A DNA stretch of 46,271 bases. Origin: a virus (lineage: Duplodnaviria; Caudoviricetes). The notes under the pieces are model-generated. The model saw only the letters and a list, made by a program, of their open reading frames with translations. It was not told the origin of the DNA and made no database searches. The DNA lies in IMG/VR virus record IMGVR_UViG_3300038673_000984, positions 1-46,271 of that record, one strand, 5' to 3'. Positions 1 to 9,168 of this stretch are shown piece by piece (position 1 is the stretch's first letter; each line of letters opens with the position of its first letter). A program made the translations under genes and the position numbers.

Positions 1-840
1 TTAATTTTTTGGAAGAACTTTATTTCTCAAGAGCGCAAAATTTTCTTCGGTACTTACAATATAATAGTCCTTCAATTTCCAGGGCGGCGAAGTAAGGAAG
101 TTTTCCGCATCCACCTTATCCATCACTTTACCGGAACGGAAGTTACGCATTTCCATACCGGCCATTCTCACGATCGGCCACGCCCCTGCAATATCCCAAA
201 GATGCGATTGGTCAATGGACCCGCATCCACGTCCGATCAAAGGCCAGCATAAATTAACGGTAGCGCAGCCGGTCGCCATTATCCGGCAGTCACTGTAATC
301 CCAGTTGAAACGTTTGAATAACATGTCGGAAATAAGGAACAAAGAACGGCTGGTTATTTTATGATCGACCCGCCCTATTTTCGCTTTTTCAGGAGCGGCC
401 GCAAAAGGCCGTTTTACGTAAAAAGAATTATCGCCGTCGCAATAGAACAATTCATCCTGTCCGGGAAAATAAACGATACCAAGCCAGGGGCGGTATTCCT
501 TGATCAGGCCGATCGAGACCCCGTATAAAGGAATCTGATTTGCATAAAGCCTTGTTCCGTCGATTGGGTCGACCGACCAGATATAAGTTTTATTGTCCAG
601 AAATTCTTTATTCAGATACTCCCCTCTCCGGGGATCTTCTTCCTCGATCAGGACATGCCCGGGAGAAGAAATGAACCCGGACAAATGCTCATGCGCCAGG
701 TCGGATATCTTTTTATCGGCTAAAGTTATTACCGAATGGTCGGCCTTCAAGTCAGGATCGCTGTTCTTGATCAGATCTTCAGCTATCTGTCCTGCTTTCC
801 GGCAAAAATCGAACATTGTCTCGAGAAATCGGTCTTTCAT
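1..840 (-). CDS. Inositol monophosphatase family protein (host)
   Basis: EEED and VDPIDGT metal-binding motifs, WDIAGA motif; likely start MKDRF at 840. Confidence 0.9.
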   Translation of the reverse strand: MKDRFLETMFDFCRKAGQIAEDLIKNSDPDLKADHSVITLADKKISDLAHEHLSGFISSPGHVLIEEEDPRRGEYLNKEFLDNKTYIWSVDPIDGTRLYANQIPLYGVSIGLIKEYRPWLGIVYFPGQDELFYCDGDNSFYVKRPFAAAPEKAKIGRVDHKITSRSLFLISDMLFKRFNWDYSDCRIMATGCATVNLCWPLIGRGCGSIDQSHLWDIAGAWPIVRMAGMEMRNFRSGKVMDKVDAENFLTSPPWKLKDYYIVSTEENFALLRNKVLPKN

Positions 841-943
841 AGGCGGAAAAAAATAAAGATGAAAAATCAAAATTGTTACCAGAGCAAATGCCTTAACTTA
901 AGGTAAACGTATTATATATAAAAATAAGTATTTAACAACCCAT

Positions 944-977
944 AAAAAAGGCCTTTCAAAATGAATTGAAAAGGCCC
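944..977 (-). terminator. Intrinsic terminator downstream of 1016..1387
   Basis: GGCCTTTCAA...TTGAAAAGGCC hairpin preceded on + by an A-run (U-tract on -). Confidence 0.55.
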
Positions 978-1015
978 TGATGTTTATCTCCCTCTCGCCT
1001 TCGGCAAGTTTTATC

Positions 1016-1387
1016 CTAATCTCTCAAGAACACACCTTCCAGCAGAACGCCGCCCTGATAAAGGACCTCCACCTTTGCTCCTTTGTCCACATCAGGAACA
1101 CGCGAGCCTTGATCGCTCTCAAATACCTTTTTAAAAAAATCCGTCTGTGCCAACAACACGTCGCACAACACTTCCCCGTTGATCACGATGGTCAAGGTCG
1201 AGTTTTCAGGGAGCTTAAGACGTTTAAACTCCACTTCCATTTTCTTGGTTCCATCGCGATAGGACTTCACCTCGATCTCCCCAAAAGTCCGCTTGGGTTT
1301 CCATCCAAACAATTTGCTGAAAAAACCAGGCTCGGCCTCTCCCCAAAGATTCGCCTCAAACTCAGAAGCCACAACTTTTACCCGCAT
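1016..1387 (-). CDS. Hypothetical protein (host)
   Basis: 123-aa ORF, AAGGA upstream of ATG, followed by terminator-like hairpin. Confidence 0.7.
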   Translation of the reverse strand: MRVKVVASEFEANLWGEAEPGFFSKLFGWKPKRTFGEIEVKSYRDGTKKMEVEFKRLKLPENSTLTIVINGEVLCDVLLAQTDFFKKVFESDQGSRVPDVDKGAKVEVLYQGGVLLEGVFLRD

Positions 1388-1533
1388 GCTTTTATCCTTT
1401 ATTTAATAGCAGGGATATTCTCTACGCCGCTTTGCGGCGGCTGCGAGGACAAGGAATCTCCCGCTCGCCTTTCGGCTCGGGGACTTCGGAACCCATGCCT
1501 CCGGCATAGGTTCTCTTGACTGTCTCATGAGAA

Positions 1534-1578
1534 TAGATATAAAAAAGGCCGCTATAAAAGCGTCCTTTTTTATATCTA
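1534..1578 (-). terminator. Terminator hairpin 3' of tRNA-Arg
   Basis: TAGATATAAAAAAGG...CCTTTTTTATATCTA long inverted repeat abutting the tRNA 3' end. Confidence 0.7.
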
Positions 1579-1650
1579 CGTCCCTAGCAGGAATCGAACC
1601 TGCATCTTAAGCTCCGGAGGCTTACACTCTATCCATTGAGCTATAGGGAC
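1579..1650 (-). tRNA. tRNA-Arg(CCG), no encoded CCA; probable integration target
   Basis: Reverse complement GTCCCTA...AGCCT-CCG-GAGCTT...GGTTCGATTCC...TAGGGACG folds as a complete cloverleaf. Confidence 0.95.
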
Positions 1651-1760
1651 GAATTACGTCGGATAGTATTTATTTTAATGCTTTATCGTCGGAATACTGC
1701 TTCTTTTTACGTTTCATTATTTATCATTTATTGTCATTGTTTTTCAGTACTTATCGGATT

Positions 1761-1781
1761 TTTAGGCACAATTTAGGCACA
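1761..1781 (+). repeat. Tandem TTTAGGCACA x2, left copy; putative integrase arm-type sites
   Basis: TTTAGGCACAATTTAGGCACA, identical to 46224..46244. Confidence 0.8.
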
Positions 1782-1869
1782 TTCACTAATTGCAAAACAG
1801 TATTTAATAATGAAAATAAATCAAAAGCCGGATAACAATATCATACACATGAAAAAGCTTCAACACCTT

Positions 1870-3618
1870 TTATAAATCATTGGTAAATTCTGCGGAATAA
1901 AGCCGTAAATTTCGTGATCCGATATAATCGGTCCCGCTACCAGAATTATTATAAACGTATAATTGTATTTTATCTCCGACCGCCCATCCACTTATATCCT
2001 CACTGTATGTTGTATATGTATTAGGACACCCGGGTGTAGCTGTCCTCTGTGTTCCAACAGCTAAACCATTCCGATATAATCGCAAGGCACCTCCGTCATC
2101 CCCGCTAAAACATCCATCAAATTTAATTCTTAATGTGCCGCTTTTTTCATTTATAGTTATTTCTTTAACTTTAACCCAAGCACCTCTAGTCGTTTGAGCG
2201 CTGGTCACAGTATCGTTAGTATGTATTAAATTATCTCCTGCGGTATATTGCGGCAAAACAATCCCAGCCACAATATCATCTACATACTTCTTATTCGCTG
2301 TTTGATAATCGCTTGTCGGAGCGCTTGACGGCGAAACCGGAAATGAACTGAATGTTTTAACCCCGGCGATGGTTTGATCACCTGTCTTTGCTACAGCACC
2401 GGCTCCGTCAACAGTGACGAATTCGATCGCAGTCGCCCCGGAATTAACACGCGGCAATTTAGTCGCCTGGCCGGCATAACTTGACGGCGTATCAGTTAAA
2501 CCCAAGAATGTCTGTGATATCGCGCCCAACTCTAACGCACTGCCGGAGGAATTAACCTTCACGTACTGATTAGCGGTATAGCTTGACGGCGTATCTGTGA
2601 GCCCTAAAAAGGTAGTAGCTCCCAGTTTAATGAACGGCCGCACATCTGCAAGGATATACCCCTGAGTCGCGTCTGTATCCTTATCTTCATAATCCAGGAC
2701 CGCTGTCATAGCCGGTTTAAGATAAACCTCTGCGATCGGCACAACATCGGCAGAAACACTCGCCCAGGGCGCCGTTGGAGAACTAGCTTCAGATCCGGTG
2801 ATAAAAGATACTGTTCCGCTTGAATGAGCGACTAAAATATCGATCCTCGGGTTCGATCCAGGAGCGACTAAAGTCGGCGCGGCTTGCGCGTCAACCAATA
2901 ACGGCTGAGATCCCAGATAAACCTGCTTATAATAATCGCCCAGATTGGTACCCCTGACCGCAACCGTCATACCTACCGTAGCTTTAAGAGTATCGAAATA
3001 ATACGTTTTAGAAGCAGTCAATTCCCGGTACCCGTAAGCTGTTATATCCGATAGATCCGCGGCCGTGCCGTTATTACCATCCGGAGAAGTGAGATCGATC
3101 TCATCCTGCTGCCAGGTATCCGCGCTCGCGTTCGATGTTATGTCCCAGTAACTTTGATTGCCGGAACTGTCTTCGACATAAAACTGAAAAGTATCAGCCG
3201 CCTGGCTTGACCTCTCCCAAAGCTTAATTTTTTGATACGCGCTTAAATTAACGACAAAAGATCTTTCAAAGCTCCGGTTGGCCGTGGCATCCGTAACTGC
3301 TTTTAATGAAAAGCTGCCCTCCTGAACAAGTGTACCGCTTACGGATTGCGATGTGATCGTAACGCCGGTGCCGACATACTGCGCCTGGGCCGACGCATTA
3401 CTCGACCATTCCATTTGGTCTAAAATGAATTTTGCTGAAGGTTTTAACGGACCAATATCGTTCTGATCGATCCCGCGCAAAGTGGACCGGAAATCCACTA
3501 CTGAAAGAACATCACGCGGGAAATTATGGTCATACTTATACCGGACCTCATCCGCGGATAAGTTTTGAGCGAACATCAACGCCGCCAACAGCAGCGTCAT
3601 TCTTAAATAAGCTTTCAT
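1870..3618 (-). CDS. Tail fibre / receptor-binding-like protein with N-terminal signal peptide
   Basis: Last gene of tail module; TFLGLTDTPSSY x2, GDQTIAGVKTF and ANKKYVD fibre motifs; N-terminus MKAYLRMTLLLAALMFAQNLSA/DE. Confidence 0.75.
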   Translation of the reverse strand: MKAYLRMTLLLAALMFAQNLSADEVRYKYDHNFPRDVLSVVDFRSTLRGIDQNDIGPLKPSAKFILDQMEWSSNASAQAQYVGTGVTITSQSVSGTLVQEGSFSLKAVTDATANRSFERSFVVNLSAYQKIKLWERSSQAADTFQFYVEDSSGNQSYWDITSNASADTWQQDEIDLTSPDGNNGTAADLSDITAYGYRELTASKTYYFDTLKATVGMTVAVRGTNLGDYYKQVYLGSQPLLVDAQAAPTLVAPGSNPRIDILVAHSSGTVSFITGSEASSPTAPWASVSADVVPIAEVYLKPAMTAVLDYEDKDTDATQGYILADVRPFIKLGATTFLGLTDTPSSYTANQYVKVNSSGSALELGAISQTFLGLTDTPSSYAGQATKLPRVNSGATAIEFVTVDGAGAVAKTGDQTIAGVKTFSSFPVSPSSAPTSDYQTANKKYVDDIVAGIVLPQYTAGDNLIHTNDTVTSAQTTRGAWVKVKEITINEKSGTLRIKFDGCFSGDDGGALRLYRNGLAVGTQRTATPGCPNTYTTYSEDISGWAVGDKIQLYVYNNSGSGTDYIGSRNLRLYSAEFTNDL

Positions 3619-3955
3619 TTTTCAATACCTCCGTTTTTACCTCTTCGACTGTTTTTATAGTTCCGTCCGGTCTGGACGTTTCAAACACCTGGCCGGCTAC
3701 GATAAGTCTTTGCCCGGCCGGATTATTTATGATCTTTTTAGGCGTACTATTGCCGATAAATACTTCTTTCGGATAATGGTTCCCGGATCCGGTCCGGATG
3801 ATCTCATTATCCATTACTGCCCGGGTAATTGTATGAACCTTACCGGCGGGATCTATATATTTGCCTTTATGTATATAGTCTAAATTCGGCAGCTGTATCG
3901 TTTGCACATCCGACATTTCAACCATTTGTTTAAGTTCCGCGCAGTATCCTTTCAT
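3548..3955 (-). CDS. Hypothetical tail-region protein
   Basis: 135-aa ORF coupled (ATGA) to the tail tip gene. Confidence 0.6.
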   Translation of the reverse strand: MKGYCAELKQMVEMSDVQTIQLPNLDYIHKGKYIDPAGKVHTITRAVMDNEIIRTGSGNHYPKEVFIGNSTPKKIINNPAGQRLIVAGQVFETSRPDGTIKTVEEVKTEVLKNESLFKNDAAVGGVDVRSKLIRG

Positions 3956-6900
3956 GCTCCGACCACCTCCCCGCTTACTTCAGCTGTTCCGATATAAGAA
4001 GCACTCACCGGATCCCATACCTTGACCACCATTTCGCTTGTAGTGATCGAAACAAGATGCGGCACACCTAACACGCCATTCGTCACAGTTAAGCCCCGTA
4101 CACGCGGAATCTGCGTAAAATCATCCCTTAAAAGTATGGTAGTGCCACCTGCAGCTATCGATACATCCCGGAATGGAAACTGCTTTGCCGTGGGGGCAGT
4201 GACGTAGGTCCTCTCAGCGTAGAAATAAACTTGTTGAGTTGTATCAGTAGTTGAAAGCACGAATTTGCGTTTTATATACCTTGCGCGGTATGTCTTATCC
4301 AGATCTATAGGAGAGAATGCCGTAAAACTCGTTCCGTCTTCACTGGTGCTTATTTCAACCGAAAGAGACCCTCCAGCTGCATTTTGAATTAACGGTGACA
4401 CCAACAATGTAAATTCGAAGATCACGCCTAAGTCGATCGGGTGAACCTCTTCGATCTCTCCGGTTGCCTCCACAAGCTGCGCGCCGAAATCTAAACCGTC
4501 CCAGTTCTGGCCTTCGACATCCTGCCAGGTGTTTTGAGTTTTCAGCACAAAAACATCCCGGGTATAATTTGGATCGTATAAATTAAGTTGTATCCGATCG
4601 ACATTCGTGAGCTTATATTCCCGATTCTGGGCCCAGAGATCCAATGTCATCGCGAAGTCGCCTTCAGGCGGCGGTACGACAGTTAATGTGTCAGATGCCG
4701 GCAGAGCGCTATAATTTCCGGATGTATCGATAGCCTTGCAAAGAAAAGTAAGTTCGCCGATCGCGCCTACTGTAATTTCTGTCTGAGTTGAGTCTACCAG
4801 CTCAGCAACAACCGTAGCCGAATCCCAGTCAACACCTTGCCGCCACTGATACCGCGCAAGATCTCCGTCCGGGATCGGATTAGATACACGGAGTACAAGT
4901 TTATTCCCTTTTTGGTAAACATCGATCGAACTTATATTGCTAGGCGGGGCAGCTTTACCCTGGATGATTATCGATGATTGAGGACTGCCGGCGGGTAAAT
5001 TTGCAGCCCCACTCTGAGCAACACTAACAACGGCTATAGTGTATGTGACACCGGTCTGAATGCCGTCTTTAATAGTGAAATGCGCATCTGAAGTTTCCCC
5101 GGCAAATTCCCAACTTAAACCAGCATTGTCTGATATATATATCTTGGCTGATTTGTACGGATTAAGGTAGTAAGAAGGCGCAACAGGCTTAGTGAAATAA
5201 ACTTCGATTGTGTTAAAGATAGTCCCGTCGTTTGCCTTTAAAACCATTTCTGATAAAGCTAGATTAGTAACAGAAGGAATTGTGCGGGTAAGAACTGAAT
5301 AATTTACTTCCGGAAGGCTGGGAGCAGAATAGTCGTAGACTAAAGGATCCATTTCTGAAGCCGTGATCTCTACATCAAGATCAGTATCCATCTTAAAGCC
5401 TGATACTCTAAGTTTTTTATAATGGATCTGGTCCTCACCGAAAGCATACTTATCGTATGCTGCCGGAGCAGAAGCGAAAGCCGTATCGACCGTGATAGTA
5501 TCTGTAGTCCCGGGCGTATTCGTGACAGAACGCTCGACGATTAAATCAGTTCCGGCAAATTGGACCAGTAATTTATAAGTTTTTCCAGCCTCTATTGTCA
5601 CTTCCTGATCTAACTTAATTGACATCGTACTGCTGCCGGTCTTGATCCTCCCACTGAACCCGATTCCCGGAGTATCATGACTAAGCCCGATAACGTCTCC
5701 CGGCATACAGGCGATACCATCGATCCCGGCTTTAAATGTGAAGATCTCATCGATCCTTTGCGCGACATTTAACGCCCTACGGCCGGCACGCAACACGTAA
5801 GAGATCCCTGTAGTGTATAGCCGAACAGAAGTCCTCCTCAAAGGATCTCCGCGTTGTAACGCCTCATCATCCATTATCGACACTGTCTCAAGGTTGTAGT
5901 AATTGTCCTTATTCGCAAACTGCACATCGATGCAGTTGAATTTTTCGCGCAATGATTTCCATGTTTGCTTAAGAGATCCCTGATAAGTATTTCCCATACC
6001 GAACATCTGCACCGGATCTTCATCCTCATCGATCTTTATCCTAACCGTGTCCTGATTATAAAAAATAAACGCGTCAAAGGCAGCGGCCAGCTGAGTGAGT
6101 ATGTCCAAAGCAGAATCCTGGCTGTCCAATTGCGCATCGATCCTATAAAGCTTCTCATAACCGCCATTACCATCCGCCATCTTTTGCTCGCAAACCTGAC
6201 TCATATACAAATACTCCGCCGTGTTTATATTGGACGTATCGATAAAATCACCTATACCAAAACGATTATTTGTCAAAAGATCTTTAACAACCCAAATCGG
6301 ATTCGCGCAAAACTGTTCAGTATAAGTAACACCATCCCATGAAAGAACCGTGTCGTCACTTAATAAACGATAGGCTGACACGTCAGGATCATAGTAGTAA
6401 TCCTCCCAATCTACTGGAGTAGCACCGTTTAATATAAGCGGCGCGGATATCTTCCTTCCCTCTACAACGCAATAAAATGAAGGCCGGTTTCCGTCTAACT
6501 GATCAGTAGCCAAAGCCTGGATCCCAACTAAAGCAAGATTAGGATAAGAAAGCTCTTCTGACTGTATCTCATCAAGGATGTAAAAATTAAGCGTTCCGTA
6601 TGTTTGATTAGATTCATTAGGATCATCGGAAGTGCGCGTGACACGGATATCATAGCGGCCGGGAGTTAGACCGGTCTTCCGGAAAGTCCTGTTGATCGCC
6701 GATTGCGATTTTGCTGTTATTGTCGTAATACCGCAATCCGTCCAGGTCCCGCTTGTCGATAACTTGTATTCGACTCGGTAACTAATACTCCAAGATTCAA
6801 GAGCGCCACTATCAGAATTTTGCCTATAAATACCAGGTATCTGAAAGGTTATTTCAAAAGTGTCAACATCATCATTTATTGTTTGCCGGACATGCGGCGT

Positions 6901-7635
6901 GTCTTTAAGAAGAGTCACATCGATCACGTACTCATTATGTAACTGTTCAAATCCGGTTATAGGCGTTTGATCGCTCGTTCCCATTCGGGTGTTTATTGTG
7001 ACATTTGTGTAATTATTCACCGAATTATTGTTAAGCATTATGCCAGATATACTCTCAATCTCACCCTGGCCAATTGAGATCAATATATTCAAATAGCTTT
7101 TTTCACCGTCATGAGAAACGTATTGATTCAAAATATTACCGGCTGCCCCAAAACGGCCATATATAACCGGAATAGCCCCGCCCACATCTGATGTCATCTG
7201 CGGCCCGGAAAATGTATAAGCTGTCGATGTTTCTCCGGTATCAGATGAAACTTTTTTCCGTGATGCCGATACAGATGAATAAATGGAGTATCCGATTGAA
7301 GCCAATGCCATTAGCGTTAAAATCGGATGAACAGTAATTGCCCATACAGCAACCGATACGATAGCTCCCCAAATAGCGCTCATTACGCCTATAACAGCCG
7401 GGATCTCTACTTTCGGTGTTACAATGATCTCATCGCCGGCTTTTACATAGGTCCTCCTTAACTCGTTATTAGGAACATGAAATCCATTTATAATAACCCG
7501 GCATTCCTTATAAGAAAAACCAGCCCGCTTAATCCAAGTCCAAGCCGTTCGCTTTTCTTTTAAAGGAATGAACTGCCTAACCTGCCGGCCGGATCTTTCA
7601 AGAATATTGGGAATATATTTAACCGTTATGTGCAT
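3952..7635 (-). CDS. Central tail tip / host-specificity protein (gpJ-like, N-terminal gpI-like region)
   Basis: 1227 aa; IPVIYG, GQGEIESI, YDIRVTR, SYPNLAL and NPIWVVKDLLTN motifs; Fn3-like C-terminal region. Confidence 0.88.
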   Translation of the reverse strand: MHITVKYIPNILERSGRQVRQFIPLKEKRTAWTWIKRAGFSYKECRVIINGFHVPNNELRRTYVKAGDEIIVTPKVEIPAVIGVMSAIWGAIVSVAVWAITVHPILTLMALASIGYSIYSSVSASRKKVSSDTGETSTAYTFSGPQMTSDVGGAIPVIYGRFGAAGNILNQYVSHDGEKSYLNILISIGQGEIESISGIMLNNNSVNNYTNVTINTRMGTSDQTPITGFEQLHNEYVIDVTLLKDTPHVRQTINDDVDTFEITFQIPGIYRQNSDSGALESWSISYRVEYKLSTSGTWTDCGITTITAKSQSAINRTFRKTGLTPGRYDIRVTRTSDDPNESNQTYGTLNFYILDEIQSEELSYPNLALVGIQALATDQLDGNRPSFYCVVEGRKISAPLILNGATPVDWEDYYYDPDVSAYRLLSDDTVLSWDGVTYTEQFCANPIWVVKDLLTNNRFGIGDFIDTSNINTAEYLYMSQVCEQKMADGNGGYEKLYRIDAQLDSQDSALDILTQLAAAFDAFIFYNQDTVRIKIDEDEDPVQMFGMGNTYQGSLKQTWKSLREKFNCIDVQFANKDNYYNLETVSIMDDEALQRGDPLRRTSVRLYTTGISYVLRAGRRALNVAQRIDEIFTFKAGIDGIACMPGDVIGLSHDTPGIGFSGRIKTGSSTMSIKLDQEVTIEAGKTYKLLVQFAGTDLIVERSVTNTPGTTDTITVDTAFASAPAAYDKYAFGEDQIHYKKLRVSGFKMDTDLDVEITASEMDPLVYDYSAPSLPEVNYSVLTRTIPSVTNLALSEMVLKANDGTIFNTIEVYFTKPVAPSYYLNPYKSAKIYISDNAGLSWEFAGETSDAHFTIKDGIQTGVTYTIAVVSVAQSGAANLPAGSPQSSIIIQGKAAPPSNISSIDVYQKGNKLVLRVSNPIPDGDLARYQWRQGVDWDSATVVAELVDSTQTEITVGAIGELTFLCKAIDTSGNYSALPASDTLTVVPPPEGDFAMTLDLWAQNREYKLTNVDRIQLNLYDPNYTRDVFVLKTQNTWQDVEGQNWDGLDFGAQLVEATGEIEEVHPIDLGVIFEFTLLVSPLIQNAAGGSLSVEISTSEDGTSFTAFSPIDLDKTYRARYIKRKFVLSTTDTTQQVYFYAERTYVTAPTAKQFPFRDVSIAAGGTTILLRDDFTQIPRVRGLTVTNGVLGVPHLVSITTSEMVVKVWDPVSASYIGTAEVSGEVVGA

Positions 7636-8050
7636 CTCTATCCTTTAAATGATAATAACCAATAACCCGGTCTCTCCATTCCGGGGACCCGATCGAACAG
7701 ATCGCCCCGCCCGCCTTACATATATGAAAAAATTTCCCGTCCCGTAAATAAAATCCGGCATGCAGCTCGTCCCCCACTTTGAACAAGATCACGTCATACA
7801 GTCCCGGCTTACTTACTTTCTTCCATCGCTTGTAATAATTTTCAATGTCGATGGCCTTTCCTGAAAACTTGCTTCCGGGCGTTCGGTTTATCTCCAGATC
7901 CCAAACATTAATTCCAAGCCGCAGCTCATACCATAATAGAATGGCACCCCAACAATTCGTTCCTTCTAAAGACCGGCCGGAATCCTTGTGCTGGATCCTT
8001 AAAAACTGCGCAAGTAATTCACTCTCTGCGGGATCTTGTTTACACAACAT
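7619..8050 (-). CDS. NlpC/P60 tail assembly protein (gpK-like)
   Basis: GTNCWG and LHAGFY Cys/His motifs; lies between L- and J-like genes; start uncertain. Confidence 0.8.
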   Translation of the reverse strand: MLCKQDPAESELLAQFLRIQHKDSGRSLEGTNCWGAILLWYELRLGINVWDLEINRTPGSKFSGKAIDIENYYKRWKKVSKPGLYDVILFKVGDELHAGFYLRDGKFFHICKAGGAICSIGSPEWRDRVIGYYHLKDRDAHNG

Positions 8051-8660
8051 AGACAGTTCCTGACGGTATTGACGGGAATCCGCCGAATCTTTGATAATTA
8101 CCAAGCTCCTTACATCTTTGCTTAGTTCTATTACAGGTAGTCTCAGTACCCGTATATCCGCAAGTTAATGGATCCTTAAATGTTTTATAGCGGCAATGAG
8201 TGCGCAGATATTTCTCGCCCGGGATCTTTCTTTCGAGGATATCCAATTTAGTAGTACAAACGAACTGCACGTCTGTGTCATCAGCTGCAGCGGTATCGAT
8301 ATAAACAGCGGCGTCAAGCTTAGCGGTTGGGGATAGCAACTGATTAGCCCAAACCAACCGGATTATGACCTTTTTCCCTCTAAGCCCGGAATAATCGTTC
8401 AGGTAAGATTGAATTAGGCGGGAAACGTTACATACCGTAATAGTGACGGTATCTATTGAACCTTGTGAATTTTCGCCAATCTCATTAAATGTTATTGGAA
8501 ATTTTAAATAAATTTCACCATCAAATACAACATCTATGTCATATCGCGCAAACCGTAAATCATTGCCGGCGCCGTCATAGTCCTCGAGAATAAAAAGTAG
8601 TATCGGCTGGTTTTCACGTTTATTTTTCTCAGATGTAAATATCGCAGTAACATCTTTCAT
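8040..8660 (-). CDS. Minor tail protein L-like
   Basis: C-terminal Cys cluster (HCRY, CGY, CNRT, C) and RFGGFPSI. Confidence 0.82.
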   Translation of the reverse strand: MKDVTAIFTSEKNKRENQPILLFILEDYDGAGNDLRFARYDIDVVFDGEIYLKFPITFNEIGENSQGSIDTVTITVCNVSRLIQSYLNDYSGLRGKKVIIRLVWANQLLSPTAKLDAAVYIDTAAADDTDVQFVCTTKLDILERKIPGEKYLRTHCRYKTFKDPLTCGYTGTETTCNRTKQRCKELGNYQRFGGFPSIPSGTVYVV

Positions 8661-8663
8661 GTA

Positions 8664-8996
8664 CTATATAACTTCCATGATTTTAAACCCGTAACTCCAG
8701 GAATTAGGGGAATCTTTTACATGCCAAAAACTACCTTTAACAAAACGGACAGTCATTTCCTCGCCGTTAATATTAATAGTAAAAGCTGTTAATCCGCCTT
8801 TTTTAGAATCAAAAAAAGCGATCACAGCATCAACCTCTGTCTTTGTACGTACCGAATATGTCGGATTGGCCTGGCGTAGTTTTCCGGATGAAACCAGACG
8901 CGCCTGATCAGCCCAGTTAGCATACTGCTTCTGCAATACGTTATAATCCGGTTCTACCTTGCACCCAAAATCATGGTTATAAAGAAAGTCTGCCAT
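8664..8996 (-). CDS. Distal tail protein (gpM-like)
   Basis: 110 aa after TMP; AFFDSKKGGLTAFT pattern, ends MEVI. Confidence 0.7.
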   Translation of the reverse strand: MADFLYNHDFGCKVEPDYNVLQKQYANWADQARLVSSGKLRQANPTYSVRTKTEVDAVIAFFDSKKGGLTAFTININGEEMTVRFVKGSFWHVKDSPNSWSYGFKIMEVI

Positions 8997-9168
8997 TCGT
9001 AACCTCTGCAGCTAATTTTGCCGCTATTTCCTTTCCGATTATTTCTTGATGATTAACAACTACTTCACTACGCATAGACACCAAAACTAGTGGAACTACT
9101 TGATCATCATTGATCATCAAATAATCACGTATACGCGGACTCTGGTCTATTACAATTACTTTATGCAT
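8977..9168 (-). CDS. Small hypothetical protein
   Basis: 63-aa ORF overlapping both neighbours and supplying the GAGG RBS of the next gene. Confidence 0.5.
   Translation of the reverse strand: MHKVIVIDQSPRIRDYLMINDDQVVPLVLVSMRSEVVVNHQEIIGKEIAAKLAAEVTNGRLSL

Noticed and set aside
980-1519. 179-aa plus-strand ORF
   Set aside because: Antisense to 1016..1387 and runs through palindromic intergenic DNA; no recognisable motif
1870-2290. Diversity-generating retroelement target in the fibre tip
   Set aside because: No reverse transcriptase and no near-identical template repeat seen in the window
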